DNA from: a bacterium
GTDB lineage: Bacteria > Patescibacteriota > Minisyncoccia > Portnoybacterales > UBA2143
DNA: 64,000 nucleotides
Reading direction: 5' to 3'
NCBI GenBank assembly: GCA_043818835.1
Contig: JBDRFK010000010.1
Span: 9,507-73,506, forward strand
The position numbers and the translations under genes were made by a program. Shown one piece after another: positions 9,902-20,451 of this stretch (positions within the stretch are counted from its first letter, which is position 1; the number at the start of each line of letters is the position of its first letter). Under the pieces are notes generated by a model that was given only the letters and a program-made list of their open reading frames with translations, made no database searches and was not told the origin of the DNA.

Positions 9902-12900
9902 TTACTTTAATATTTTAACACTATCGCAGAGAATTTTCAAATTATTATCACGTTCGTTGACGCGTCCACTGACAATAGCAATAGTATCTTCTTGCCATTT
10001 CGCGCTTGTTTTTTCAAATATTTTTGGAAAGACTACTGTTTCAATATGCCCGCGACTGCCTTCTAATTTAACAAAAAGCATTGGTTGTCCGTTTTTGGTA
10101 ATTATTTTTTTGATTTTACTTATTAATCCACCAACTTTAACTTTTTGTCCAATATGATTACGAGTTACCTTGTGACATGGAATAGCTTCTTTAGCTAACT
10201 GTTCTTGGTATGAGCTTAGCGGATGTTCGGAGATATATAAACCGAGTAATTCTTTTTCCCATAATAATCCTTCTTTTTTGTTTTCTTCAAATTCATTGAC
10301 TAATTGTAATGTGGCGGTTGTGGCTTTTGATGATTGTCCAAATAAACTTTCTTGACAGCTTTGTTCTATTTTATGCACTTCGCGCGCAAAATTTAACATT
10401 TGCTCTGTAGATGCTAATAATTGATAACGATTTCCAAAACTGTCTAAGGCGCCACATTTAATCAAACTTTCTAAAGATTTTTTATTCAAATCTCTTCCGC
10501 CAGCGATAGACATTCTTTCAACAAAATTTGCTAATGTAGTAAATGAACCATTGTTTTTTCTTTCATCGACAATTGATTGTGAAATATTATGTCCAACATT
10601 TTTAATTGCTTCCAACCCAAAACGGATTACTTGATCATCGGTTTTGGCAAAAGTTACAAAACTTTCGTTAACATCTGGAGCCATAACTTGGATATTCATT
10701 TTTTTGCATTCATCAATTAAAAAAGCAATTCTTTCTGTATCACTTTGTTCGGAAGTGATTAAGGCAGACATAAATTCTGTAGGGTAGTGAGCTTTAAGAT
10801 AGGCGGTTTGATAAGCAATCATTGCGTAGCAAGTGGCGTGAGCGGCATTAAATCCGTAACTGGCAAATGGCTCTACCATTTCCCAAATTTGAATAGCAAC
10901 TTGTTTTTCTATGCTGTTGTTAATCATTCCTTGAATCAACTTGTTTTTTTGCTCGTCTAATAATTCTTTAATTTTTTTACCAACAGCTTTACGCAGAACA
11001 TCAGTTTCGCCCGGTGTAAAACCAGCAAGTTGTCGAGCGATGTGCATCAATTGTTCTTGATATACACAAATACCATAAGTTGTCTTTAAAATTGGTTCTA
11101 ATCCATGATGAAGATAGGTGACTTGTTTTAACCCATGTTTGCGAGCAATAAAATCGGGAATAAATTCCATTGGCCCCGGACGGTACAAGGCAACCATGGC
11201 GATAATATCTTCAAATTGGCTTGGTCTTAGGTCTTTAAGATATCTTTTCATGCCACTTGATTCTAATTGAAATACGCCGGTGGTATTAGCATCACGAAAA
11301 AGATTGAATACTGCAGGATCGTTTAGGGGTATATCAATGATATTAATTTTCTGTCCAGTTTGAGCTTCTATCTGGTTAAGAGCATTTTGAATAACGGTTA
11401 AGGTTTTTAATCCCAAGAAGTCCATTTTTAAAAGACCCATATCTTCAACGGCGTGCATTTCATATTGACTAACGATAGATCCATCATTGTGCGAAGTATA
11501 TTGACAAGGGGTGGTTATATCCAGTGGATCTTTAGTGATTAAAACACCAGCAGCATGGGTGGACGCATGTCGCGCTACGCCCTCCAATTTCTTAGCCATA
11601 TCAACTAATTTTTTGGCTTCTGGATCGGAATTATACCATTGTTTAAACTCATCAGATTCTTCTATGGCAGTAGATAAATTCATGCCAAAAGGTACTAATT
11701 TAGCAGTTTTATCGCAGAATTCGTAAGGGTAATCCATTGCGCGTCCAGTGTCGCGAATAGCGCCACGCGCGGCCATTGTTCCAAAGGTGATAATTTGTGC
11801 CACGTGGTCGGAGCCATATTTTTTAGTAACGTATTCAATAACTTCGCCACGACGTTCATCAGCAAAGTCCATATCAATATCAGGCATAGAAATTCTATCT
11901 GGATTCAAAAATCTTTCAAAAAGCAAATTATATTTTAAGGGATCTATTTCAGTAATGTTTAATAAGTAAGAAACAATAGACCCTGCAGCGCTTCCGCGTC
12001 CCGGTCCAACAACAATTCCATTTTCTTTTGACCAATTAACAAAATCGGAAACAATTAAAAAATATGAATCAAAGCCCATTTTATGAATAACAGACAATTC
12101 AAAATCAAGACGCTCCTTTATTTCTGGTGTCATTTCTGGATATTTCTTTGGCAAACTATTTCTGCAAAGTTCACGTAGATATACTTCTGGCGCTTGACCA
12201 GAAGGAACGTCAAAATGTGGAAGTTGTAAGACACCTAATGTAAACTCAAAATTACACTGTTCTACAATTTTTTGCGTATTACTGATCGCTTCAGGTACAT
12301 TTTTAAATTCTTCAATCATTCTTTCTGGAGGTCGCAAAGAATAGTCTTCGTCTAACATTGATAGGCGATTAGGATCAGTGATTTTTCTGTCTGTTTGTAT
12401 GGCCAATAAAACATCATGAGCCTCAGCATCTTCTGGTTTTAGGTAATGAGCGTCATTGGTGGCTACTACAGGAATATTGTATTTTTTACTAATTTTGATT
12501 AATTCATCGTTAACTTTTTTTTGCTCTGGTATTGATGGATGATGTTGTAATTCCAAATAGAAACTGTCAGGTTCAAAAATATCGCGATACTCCAAAACTA
12601 ATTCTTCGGCTTTTTTAATGTCTTTGTTGATAATTGTTCTCGGAATTTCACCAGCGATACAAGCGGTCAGTCCAATCAATCCTTTGGAATGTTTTTTTAA
12701 TAATTCTTTGTCTATACGTGGCTTGTAATAAAACCCTTCAAGATGCGCTTTAGTAACTAATTTTACAAGGTTATGATACCCTTCTTCATTTTTGACTAAG
12801 AGAACAAGGTGATATGGTTTAACATCAATATTTGGTCGCTTCATATGCATGCCATTACGGGCGATATACATTTCGCAACCGATGACTGGTTTGATACCAG

Positions 12901-13072
12901 CTTTTTTTGCTTTTTGGAAAAGTTCTACAACACCATACATTGTGCCGTGATCGGTAATAGCGACAGAATCCATTTTCAATTCCTTACAGGTATCCAAAAG
13001 TTGGTCTATTTTTGACAGACCATCAAGTAGGGAATAATGGGTGTGAACATGAAGGTGGGTGAACGATGGCAT
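9902..13072 (-). CDS. dnaE: DNA polymerase III alpha subunit
   Basis: 1056 aa; PHP domain HLHVHTHYSLLDG at the N-terminus; polymerase core and OB domain. Confidence 0.95.
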   Translation of the reverse strand: MPSFTHLHVHTHYSLLDGLSKIDQLLDTCKELKMDSVAITDHGTMYGVVELFQKAKKAGIKPVIGCEMYIARNGMHMKRPNIDVKPYHLVLLVKNEEGYHNLVKLVTKAHLEGFYYKPRIDKELLKKHSKGLIGLTACIAGEIPRTIINKDIKKAEELVLEYRDIFEPDSFYLELQHHPSIPEQKKVNDELIKISKKYNIPVVATNDAHYLKPEDAEAHDVLLAIQTDRKITDPNRLSMLDEDYSLRPPERMIEEFKNVPEAISNTQKIVEQCNFEFTLGVLQLPHFDVPSGQAPEVYLRELCRNSLPKKYPEMTPEIKERLDFELSVIHKMGFDSYFLIVSDFVNWSKENGIVVGPGRGSAAGSIVSYLLNITEIDPLKYNLLFERFLNPDRISMPDIDMDFADERRGEVIEYVTKKYGSDHVAQIITFGTMAARGAIRDTGRAMDYPYEFCDKTAKLVPFGMNLSTAIEESDEFKQWYNSDPEAKKLVDMAKKLEGVARHASTHAAGVLITKDPLDITTPCQYTSHNDGSIVSQYEMHAVEDMGLLKMDFLGLKTLTVIQNALNQIEAQTGQKINIIDIPLNDPAVFNLFRDANTTGVFQLESSGMKRYLKDLRPSQFEDIIAMVALYRPGPMEFIPDFIARKHGLKQVTYLHHGLEPILKTTYGICVYQEQLMHIARQLAGFTPGETDVLRKAVGKKIKELLDEQKNKLIQGMINNSIEKQVAIQIWEMVEPFASYGFNAAHATCYAMIAYQTAYLKAHYPTEFMSALITSEQSDTERIAFLIDECKKMNIQVMAPDVNESFVTFAKTDDQVIRFGLEAIKNVGHNISQSIVDERKNNGSFTTLANFVERMSIAGGRDLNKKSLESLIKCGALDSFGNRYQLLASTEQMLNFAREVHKIEQSCQESLFGQSSKATTATLQLVNEFEENKKEGLLWEKELLGLYISEHPLSSYQEQLAKEAIPCHKVTRNHIGQKVKVGGLISKIKKIITKNGQPMLFVKLEGSRGHIETVVFPKIFEKTSAKWQEDTIAIVSGRVNERDNNLKILCDSVKILK

Positions 13073-13221
13073 TGATTGAATCCAAATATCAAAATCTAAA
13101 TGTCAAAAATTTTTAGATTTTAGAATTTGGATTTAATTTGGTATAATTTGAGCTTTGAAATAATTTGGAATTCATCTTTATTCTACCTCTTTAATCTATC
13201 CCAAACAATCTTGACAAAATA

Positions 13222-13265
13222 TAAAATAGAGTCCTCGTAGAGTACTCTACGAGGACTCTATTTTA
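13222..13265. repeat. 44-bp perfect palindrome (core ATAGAGTCCTCGTAGAGTACTCTACGAGGACTCTAT); second copy at 57962
   Basis: Read directly in the divergent dnaE/ligA control region. A near-identical 36-bp core recurs at 57962..57997 with one central substitution. Confidence 0.8.
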
Positions 13266-13391
13266 TAGACACCTATTGACACTCAATGTAGCGGGTGCAA
13301 ATCCCGCCGGGTCCACGTCAAAAAATCTCTGATTATTCAGGGATTTTTTGATTCTTCAAATTTTGGGTGGTTTGGGGTATAATAGTATTAA

Positions 13392-15424
13392 ATGACGAAA
13401 ACCGAAGCCAAAAAAAGAATAGAAAAAATGAAAAAAGTGATTAGTTATCACCGATATTTGTATCATGTTTTAGATAAACCAGAAATTAGCGATGCGGCTT
13501 TGGACTCCTTGAAACACGAATTAAAAAAATTAGAGGATGAATATCCAGAGTTTATCACTTCGGATTCACCGACACAACGGGTTGGTGGTAAGCCTTTGGA
13601 TAAATTTAATAAAATAACACATAAAAAAAGAATGCTGTCTTTGGAAGACGCTTTTAGCGAAGAGGAATTACAGGATTGGGAGAAAAGATTAAAAAACAAG
13701 TTCCAAGTTCCAAGTTCCAAGATTTTAATTATTTTGCAGAACTAAAAGTTGATGGTTTTGCTATTTCCTTATTATATAAAAAAGGTATATTGGTTGGTGC
13801 AGCAACACGCGGTGATGGTCGGATTGGCGAGGACGTTACTCAGAATATAAAGACTATCAATTCAATTCCTTTAAAATTAGAAGTTCATTTTTCCCAAGGT
13901 TTAACTTTAGGAAAAGAAATTAAATCAAAGATTGAAAAAGGTGAGATAGAAATTCGCGGAGAAGTATATATGACCAAAAAGGATTTTGAAAAAGTTAACA
14001 AAGATCGCGCAAAGCAAGGTTTGCCAGTTTACGCTAATCCAAGAAATACGGCGGCGGGGAGTATTCGTCAGCTTGATCCAAGGGTTGCCGCTTCGCGCAA
14101 ATTAAAATTTTTAGCATATTCTGTGCCAACTGATTTGGGGCAAAAAAATCACCAGGAAGAACATCAAATTGCTGAAAGTTTGGGTTTTAGGGTTGGTGAA
14201 AGTAATTTTTGTAAAAATGTAAAAGATATTGTTAATTTTTGGAATAATATTAATAAAAAAAGAGAGAAATTATCATATCAAATTGATGGCATTGTAGTTA
14301 ATGTTAATGATAATAAATTATTTGATAAATTAGGAATAGTAGGTAAGGCTCCGCGCGGAGCAATCGCTTTAAAGTTTGCTGCTGAAGAATCAACTACAAT
14401 AGTTAAAAACATTGTGGTTCAAGTTGGACGAACGGGCGCTTTAACGCCGGTGGCGGTTTTGGAGCCAGTTAATATTGGTGGAACGACAGTAACCAGAGCA
14501 ACTCTGCATAATGAAGATGAAATTAAACGACTTGATGTGCGTATTGGCGATACGGTGATTGTTCAACGAGCTGGTGATGTCATTCCAGATATTGTAGAGG
14601 TTATTAAAAAATTACGAACAGGTAAAGAGAAAAAATTTAAGATGCCAAATAGATGTCCTGTTTGTGATTCAAAAGTTGTTCGTCCAGAAAACGAGGCGGT
14701 GCATCGGTGTGCTAACAAGAATTGTGGCGCGCAACAAAGGGAGAGATTAGCTCATTTTGTTTCTCGCAAAGGTTTTAATATTGATGGCTTGGGTCCTAAA
14801 ATTATTAACCAGTTAATGGACGAAGGGTTGGTTTCTAATCCTGCTGATCTATATTCTTTAACGGAAGGAGATTTAATTCCTCTGGAGAGATTTGCCAAAA
14901 AGTCGGCGGAAAATTTAATCAAGTCAATTCATCAAAGTAAAAAAATATCTTTGTCTAAATTTGTGTTTGCTTTGGGAATTCGTCATACAGGAGAAGAGAC
15001 AGCAATTGCTTTGGCGCAATATTTTGGTGACATAGAAAAAATAAAAAGAGCCTCTCAGGAGCAATTAGCGAATATACCAGATGTTGGTCCTGTTGTTGCC
15101 AAAAGTATTTTTGAATGGTTTAATGATAAGGTAGACCAAGAGGTGTTGGATAGACTTTTGAATAATATAGAAATAGAGAAAGTTAAAACGGTAAAGAAAG
15201 TGTTAGCAGGAAAGACATTTGTTTTGACGGGAGAATTAGGATCTTTAACCAGAGATGAAGCAAAGGAAAAAATTAGAAGTTTGGGTGGTGATATTTCTGG
15301 TTCTGTTTCTAAAAATACTAATTATGTTGTAGCAGGGGAAAATCCGGGTTCTAAATATGATAAAGCAAAGAAATTGGATGTTAAAATTGTTAGTGAGAAA
15401 GATTTTTTAAAATTGTTAAAATAA
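13392..15424 (+). CDS. ligA: NAD-dependent DNA ligase LigA, reading frame broken at 13700-13727 by a heptanucleotide tandem repeat (segments 13392..13745 and 13676..15424)
   Basis: N-terminal Ia domain lies in one frame. KxDG adenylation motif (AELKVDGF), OB fold, Zn finger, HhH and BRCT domains lie in the +2 frame. The junction is caagttc x3. Confidence 0.85.
13700..13727. repeat. (CAAGTTC)x3.6 tandem repeat inside ligA
   Basis: aacaagttccaagttccaagttccaagat. Keeping a single copy restores ...KNKFQDFNYFAELKVDG, which aligns with E. coli LigA. Confidence 0.85.
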
Positions 15425-15425
15425 T

Positions 15426-15716
15426 ATGGATTTAACTAAAAAACAAGCTAAAGAAGTAGCTGGTTTAGCTAGATTAGAATTAACTGATAAGGAAACTAGA
15501 AAGTTTCAAAAAGACCTATCGGCTGTTTTAGATTTTGTAGATAAATTAAATGAAGCAAAGATTGGCAAAGTGGATCCAACAGCGCATATTGCTGGATTAG
15601 AAAATGTTATGCGAGAAGATGAAGGGATTGAAACTGATAAGAAAGTTAGAGAAAAATTATTAAATTTAGCGCCAGATAAAGAAGGTGATCAAGTGAAAGT
15701 AAAGAGTGTTTTGTAA
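15426..15716 (+). CDS. gatC: Asp/Glu-tRNA amidotransferase subunit C
   Basis: 96 aa; LARLELTDKETRKFQKDLSAVLDFVDKL is GatC-like. Confidence 0.9.
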   Translation: MDLTKKQAKEVAGLARLELTDKETRKFQKDLSAVLDFVDKLNEAKIGKVDPTAHIAGLENVMREDEGIETDKKVREKLLNLAPDKEGDQVKVKSVL

Positions 15717-15731
15717 AATTATAATTTTATT

Positions 15732-16169
15732 ATGATAGGCATTATTAATAAATTAAATAAAAAAATAATCATAACTTTATTTTTACTATTGATTATTGTT
15801 TCATTAGTCATTTTTTTCAGCAAAAAAAATAAAAAAATAGAAGTTATAGGCGGCGTGACGCCAGAAGAAACTTTTTTATATGCCGCCCAAGCGATAGAAA
15901 ACGAAGATGCTGATAAGGCGTTAGAAATGTTTAATGTGGGTGCGCATAATAAAGTTAGAAATTTAATAAATGAATTAGACAAAGAAGGAAGACAAAAACT
16001 ATCGCAATCATTAAGAAGCGCTCAACGATCAACAGAAGAAGAATTTCAAACAGAAACTTTTAAAGTATTTAATACAAAAATGAACGTCAAAGGGTTTGCT
16101 TATCCGATTAATATTCAAATTGAAATAATCGCGTTGCCTAATGGGAATTGGGTTATTTTGAATTTGTAA
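15732..16169 (+). CDS. hypothetical membrane-anchored protein
   Basis: N-terminal TM helix; inserted between gatC and gatA; no recognisable domain. Confidence 0.5.
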   Translation: MIGIINKLNKKIIITLFLLLIIVSLVIFFSKKNKKIEVIGGVTPEETFLYAAQAIENEDADKALEMFNVGAHNKVRNLINELDKEGRQKLSQSLRSAQRSTEEEFQTETFKVFNTKMNVKGFAYPINIQIEIIALPNGNWVILNL

Positions 16170-16181
16170 AATTATTGAACT

Positions 16182-17609
16182 TTGATTATGGACTTAAAAT
16201 TATTAACAATCAAAAAAATCCAGAAAGGATTAGCAAATAAAGAATTTACTGCAGAAGAAATTGCGCAGGCTGTTTTTGACCGTATAAATGAAAAAGAAAA
16301 AGATATTCATGCTTATTTAGAATTGATGAAAGAAAGCGCATTAAAACAGGCAAAGGAAATAGATGAAAAAATTAAAAACAATGAAGATATAGGTGTTTTA
16401 GCGGGCGTCCCGATTGCGATTAAAGATAATATTTTGGTTGATAGCGTTAAATGTACAGCGGCATCAAAAATCTTAGAAAATTATATTGCGCCTTACGACG
16501 CGACAGTTATTAAAAAATTAAAAAGCGAGGATGCGATTTTAATTGGCAAAACAAATTGTGATGAATTTGCTATGGGTTCATCAACAGAAAATTCTGCTTT
16601 TGGACCGACAAAAAATCCACATGATCTGGAAAGAGTGCCGGGTGGTTCTTCTGGTGGTTCTGCGGCGGCCGTGGTAGCAGACGAATGTATTGCAGCGATA
16701 GGTTCGGATACAGGCGGATCAATTCGTCAGCCAGCATCATTTTGTGGCGCTGTTGGTTTTAAGCCGACCTATGGGCGAGTTTCGCGTTATGGGTTGATGG
16801 CTTATGCTTCTTCACTTGATCAAATTGGACCCTTGGCAAAAGCAGCAGAAGATACAGAGATAATTTTGAATGTGATTGAAGGACAGGATAACAATGATTC
16901 TACAAGCGCGTCAGATGAAAAATATAAAAATGATGAAGCGATAGATATTAAAAAATTAACTATTGGTATTCCTAAGGAATATTTTGTTGAAGGCATAGAT
17001 TCAAAAGTGGAAAGCGCAGTTCACAAGGCAATCTCCGAATACGAAAAGGTAGGCGCCAAGATTGTGGAAATTAGCTTGCCATACACAGAGTTTGCTTTAG
17101 CAAGTTACTATATCATCTGTACCGCCGAAGCATCATCAAACTTGGCAAGATACGACAGTATTCGTTATGGATTATATAAAAAAGGAAAGAACCTCTTGGA
17201 TGGTTATACAAAGACACGACATGAAGGTTTTGGCGATGAAGTAAAAAAAAGAATTATGCTTGGCACTTATGTCTTGTCGGCGGGGTATTATGATGCCTAT
17301 TATTTAACTGCGCAAAAAGCGCGTACTTTAATCAAAGATGATTTTGTAAAAGCATTTAAAAAAGTTGATGTGATTATGACGCCAACCAGCCCGACAACCG
17401 CTTTTAAAATTGGTGAAAAAATGAATGATCCAGTGGCTATGTATCTATCAGATATCTATACTGTTTCTGTAAACTTGGCTGGTTTGCCAGCTGTATCTAT
17501 TCCATGTCAGAAAGATGGTTTGCCAATCGGTTTACAAATTATCGGCAATCAATTTGAAGATAAAAAAGTTTTAAAAACGGCTCAAATTTATGAAAACATT
17601 TCTAATTGA
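16182..17609 (+). CDS. gatA: Asp/Glu-tRNA amidotransferase subunit A (amidase)
   Basis: Amidase signature [13 protein letters not shown] and catalytic Ser-cisSer-Lys context. Confidence 0.95.
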   Translation: MIMDLKLLTIKKIQKGLANKEFTAEEIAQAVFDRINEKEKDIHAYLELMKESALKQAKEIDEKIKNNEDIGVLAGVPIAIKDNILVDSVKCTAASKILENYIAPYDATVIKKLKSEDAILIGKTNCDEFAMGSSTENSAFGPTKNPHDLERVPGGSSGGSAAAVVADECIAAIGSDTGGSIRQPASFCGAVGFKPTYGRVSRYGLMAYASSLDQIGPLAKAAEDTEIILNVIEGQDNNDSTSASDEKYKNDEAIDIKKLTIGIPKEYFVEGIDSKVESAVHKAISEYEKVGAKIVEISLPYTEFALASYYIICTAEASSNLARYDSIRYGLYKKGKNLLDGYTKTRHEGFGDEVKKRIMLGTYVLSAGYYDAYYLTAQKARTLIKDDFVKAFKKVDVIMTPTSPTTAFKIGEKMNDPVAMYLSDIYTVSVNLAGLPAVSIPCQKDGLPIGLQIIGNQFEDKKVLKTAQIYENISN

Positions 17610-18129
17610 ATTTTACGATAAATTTATTGTCAATTGGCCTGTCTGGTTTGATAAATGGCAGGAGAATATTTTTTATCTAAAAATAATTTTTGTTGGTATT
17701 TCAATAGTTTTATTTATTGGAATTATTTATTACATCATTCTTATTCGTCGTGATATTAAGAAATATTTTGAATTGATTATTGATAGTGTAGAAGCGCCGA
17801 AGGTTCCTAAAAAGAAAGTCACCAAACAATGGGAGGGGATTATACAAAAATTGGAAAGCGACAATACGAGCGATTATAAATTGGCAGTTATTGAAGCAGA
17901 TAAAATGTTAGATGAATTATTAAAAAGGATTGGTTACAAAGGCGATGATATGGGCGCGCGATTAAAGCAATTGACATCAGCACAGGTGCCAAATCTGAAC
18001 GAACTTTGGTCGGCGCATAAGGTGCGTAATCGCATTGCTCATGAATCCAATTTTAATTTAACACGCGAAACAGCTCGCCGAGCGATTGATGCTTACGAAC
18101 GAACATTTGAAGAATTAGAGTTGTTGTAA
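17590..18129 (+). CDS. hypothetical membrane protein with an alpha-helical C-terminal domain (possible HEPN-like R-x4-H motif)
   Basis: TM segment, then KVRNRIAHE in a predicted helical ~110 aa domain. Weak assignment. Confidence 0.4.
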   Translation: MKTFLIEFYDKFIVNWPVWFDKWQENIFYLKIIFVGISIVLFIGIIYYIILIRRDIKKYFELIIDSVEAPKVPKKKVTKQWEGIIQKLESDNTSDYKLAVIEADKMLDELLKRIGYKGDDMGARLKQLTSAQVPNLNELWSAHKVRNRIAHESNFNLTRETARRAIDAYERTFEELELL

Positions 18130-18305
18130 AAATTAATTTTTTATTATTTTCAAATGGAATTGGTTTTTCAGAGGAGGGATAAAAAAACTACTGAGTTAAC
18201 TCCGGAGTTAAATAAGGAGATAGTAAAAATACGGATTGCAATTTTGAATATTTTAATGTAACTTAAAGATAAACGTAGTTTAACAATTTAATAAGGAGAG
18301 ATATT

Positions 18306-18908
18306 ATGCTTGAATCAATGTGTGGTTATTTGTCTGATTTATTGCCATTTTCAGAAGAGAATGTGCTAACTCCTGAAAAAGCGTGGGAAAAGGTAGAATT
18401 TATTATTATGCCAGAGGTTGCAGAAGATAATAAAAAGTATTTTTTTAAAAGTTATATTGTTTTTTACAATGCTTTATTACTTTTGCGAGAAAGATACCAG
18501 TTTTATTTGCAAGTTCTAGAAAGAAATACTCAAGTAATGGACCAGTTTGCAGAAAAGATGGGAGATATATTATTGAATGAACGAATTGTTTTTGCCATGC
18601 ATCATTGTTTTACTTATGGACAAAAAATGTCAAAAACGCTTGAGGATATAATCAAAGAATTTCCTGCGGAATGTCTTAAACATTTTAACAAAAGACCGTC
18701 AATAGATGTTGGGCAACCGATGACCGATTGTAAAATAACAGGTATTTGTGTTTGCTTAGGAAAAAAACCGCCGTATATGCATTCTTGCCTTGTTGGTAAT
18801 CTTTCTGGTTTGATGCGAGACAAACAAACGCAAGACAAACAATGGGACGAAGTATTTGGTGTTGTCGGCAAGGCAATGGATAATCATTTCAAAAGCTTAG
18901 AAAGATAG
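18306..18908 (+). CDS. hypothetical protein (Cys-containing, no recognisable domain)
   Basis: Strong SD (taaggagag-N6-ATG) and a terminator follows. First gene of the accessory block. Confidence 0.6.
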   Translation: MLESMCGYLSDLLPFSEENVLTPEKAWEKVEFIIMPEVAEDNKKYFFKSYIVFYNALLLLRERYQFYLQVLERNTQVMDQFAEKMGDILLNERIVFAMHHCFTYGQKMSKTLEDIIKEFPAECLKHFNKRPSIDVGQPMTDCKITGICVCLGKKPPYMHSCLVGNLSGLMRDKQTQDKQWDEVFGVVGKAMDNHFKSLER

Positions 18909-18943
18909 GATAATAATTACAATTAATAAAATAAAAAAGCCAT

Positions 18944-18979
18944 TACTAAAGTAGTGGCTTTTTATCTTAATTCTGCGGG
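18944..18979. terminator. intrinsic terminator after ORF 18306..18908
   Basis: aaaaaagccattac-taaa-gtagtggcttttt: 8-bp stem with one G-U pair plus T-run. Confidence 0.7.
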
Positions 18980-19237
18980 GCTTGCGGGACGATTTCAGAA
19001 CTCTTGATTGGGTAGAAATAAGGAATAATTTGGGAGAGTTTGGATTTGTTTACCAATTTTAAAACCTTTACAAAAACGATTAAGTGTGGCAAGCTATATA
19101 TTAGCTGTTTAACAATTAAAAAAAGTCCTCACTTGAGTCATAATTTATGGTGCAATTATGTTAAATGAAAATTAGTATAACTAATTTTAAGCCTAATTTA
19201 TGATAAAAAGTTACAGGCACGAAAGGAGGAAAAGGTT

Positions 19238-19363
19238 ATGGCACAAAAGGCAATAGTAGCTAGGTTTAGTACTATCAAGAATAAAAAACCTAAGCTCTTT
19301 CCGATGCGTGCGCACTCTATGAAGTGCCAAGGGCAATGTACTTGTAAATGTTGTAAAAATTAG
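19238..19363 (+). CDS. putative RiPP precursor peptide, 41 aa, Cys-rich C-terminus (MAQKAIVARFSTIKNKKPKLFPMRAHSMKCQGQCTCKCCKN)
   Basis: Not in the ORF track (below the 60 aa cutoff). Excellent SD (gaaaggagga-N8-ATG). 5 Cys in the last 12 residues. Directly upstream of a rSAM/SPASM enzyme. Confidence 0.6.
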   Translation: MAQKAIVARFSTIKNKKPKLFPMRAHSMKCQGQCTCKCCKN

Positions 19364-19389
19364 ATAAGTTTTTTTAACGGTTTTGAAAA

Positions 19390-19420
19390 TGGGGGGATAG
19401 GCTAAATCAGTTTATCCCCC
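19390..19420. promoter_or_regulatory. stem-loop between precursor and maturase (ggggggata-N13-tatccccc)
   Basis: 9-bp GC-rich stem read directly. No T-run, so it looks like an attenuator or RNA-stability hairpin, as is common between RiPP precursor and enzyme genes. Confidence 0.5.
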
Positions 19421-19446
19421 TACCTATTATCAAAAAGGAATGCAGT

Positions 19447-20451
19447 ATGAATGAGTTAGTCAGTTTAAAATCACCATTGTCAGTTAATTTTGAGGTGACA
19501 CCTCTTTGTAATTTGTTTTGTGAATTTTGTTTTAACGCGAGGGATGAATGTCAAAATATTAATCATCCGTCATTATCACAAGTTAAAGCTATTTTAGCCG
19601 AATTATCTAAGGCTGAAGTTTTCGAAGTGAGATTGTTTGGAGGAGAATTTTTTATTTATCCTCAATGGCAAGAAGTGCTTGAATATGCCGATCAGTTAGA
19701 TTTTTTTCTATCATTTGTGTCTAATGGCACGTTCATTACGCCACAAGTTGTAAAAAAGCTAAAACAGCATCGTGTTATTGGCGGAGCTATTTCATTACAT
19801 GGACCAAAAGATATTTATGAGAAGATTTGCGGTGTTGAAGGTGCTTTTAACTTAACAATAAATGGCATAAAAACATGTATAGAAAATGATATGGATATTT
19901 CTATTCTTTATACGCTTACTAAGACAAATTATCTGCTATTTTTTGAAACTGTAAAATGGTTAAAAGAAAATGGAATCGGTATTGACGAGATTAATGTTGG
20001 ACGACTAACTCCATATGGTAGAGCTAAATCTGATTGGGACGGAGTAAAACTTTCGTTCGAGGATTATATGAAAGTTTTTTATCAATTGGAAAAAATCAGA
20101 AATGAATTAGATATTTTGGCTAATTTGGGGGATGCATTTCCGTTGTGCTTGTTGCCATCTAAATACCATGATTTTGTGATTGGTTGTTGGCAAGGAACAG
20201 GATTTGGACATATTGATTATCAAGGCAATGTTCGTTCATGTTCAATTACTAAGGGTAATTATGGTAATATTTTAGAGACTTCTTTGGTTGAAATTTGGAC
20301 TAATCGTCTGGGTTATTTTAGATCCTTAAAATGGCTTCCTAAAAAATGCCAAAATTGCAATAATTTTTGTGGGGGTGGATGTTCGGCTTCCCGTTATGAG
20401 GGAGGTATTTATGCTCCAGATGAATTTATAGTTTTAGGAGAAAAATCATGA
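19447..20451 (+). CDS. radical SAM enzyme with C-terminal SPASM-type Cys cluster (peptide-modifying maturase)
   Basis: CNLFCEFC (CX3CX2C) at residues 21-28. C-terminal CQNCNNFCGGGC plus upstream Cys residues resemble SPASM/twitch auxiliary clusters. Confidence 0.85.
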   Translation: MNELVSLKSPLSVNFEVTPLCNLFCEFCFNARDECQNINHPSLSQVKAILAELSKAEVFEVRLFGGEFFIYPQWQEVLEYADQLDFFLSFVSNGTFITPQVVKKLKQHRVIGGAISLHGPKDIYEKICGVEGAFNLTINGIKTCIENDMDISILYTLTKTNYLLFFETVKWLKENGIGIDEINVGRLTPYGRAKSDWDGVKLSFEDYMKVFYQLEKIRNELDILANLGDAFPLCLLPSKYHDFVIGCWQGTGFGHIDYQGNVRSCSITKGNYGNILETSLVEIWTNRLGYFRSLKWLPKKCQNCNNFCGGGCSASRYEGGIYAPDEFIVLGEKS

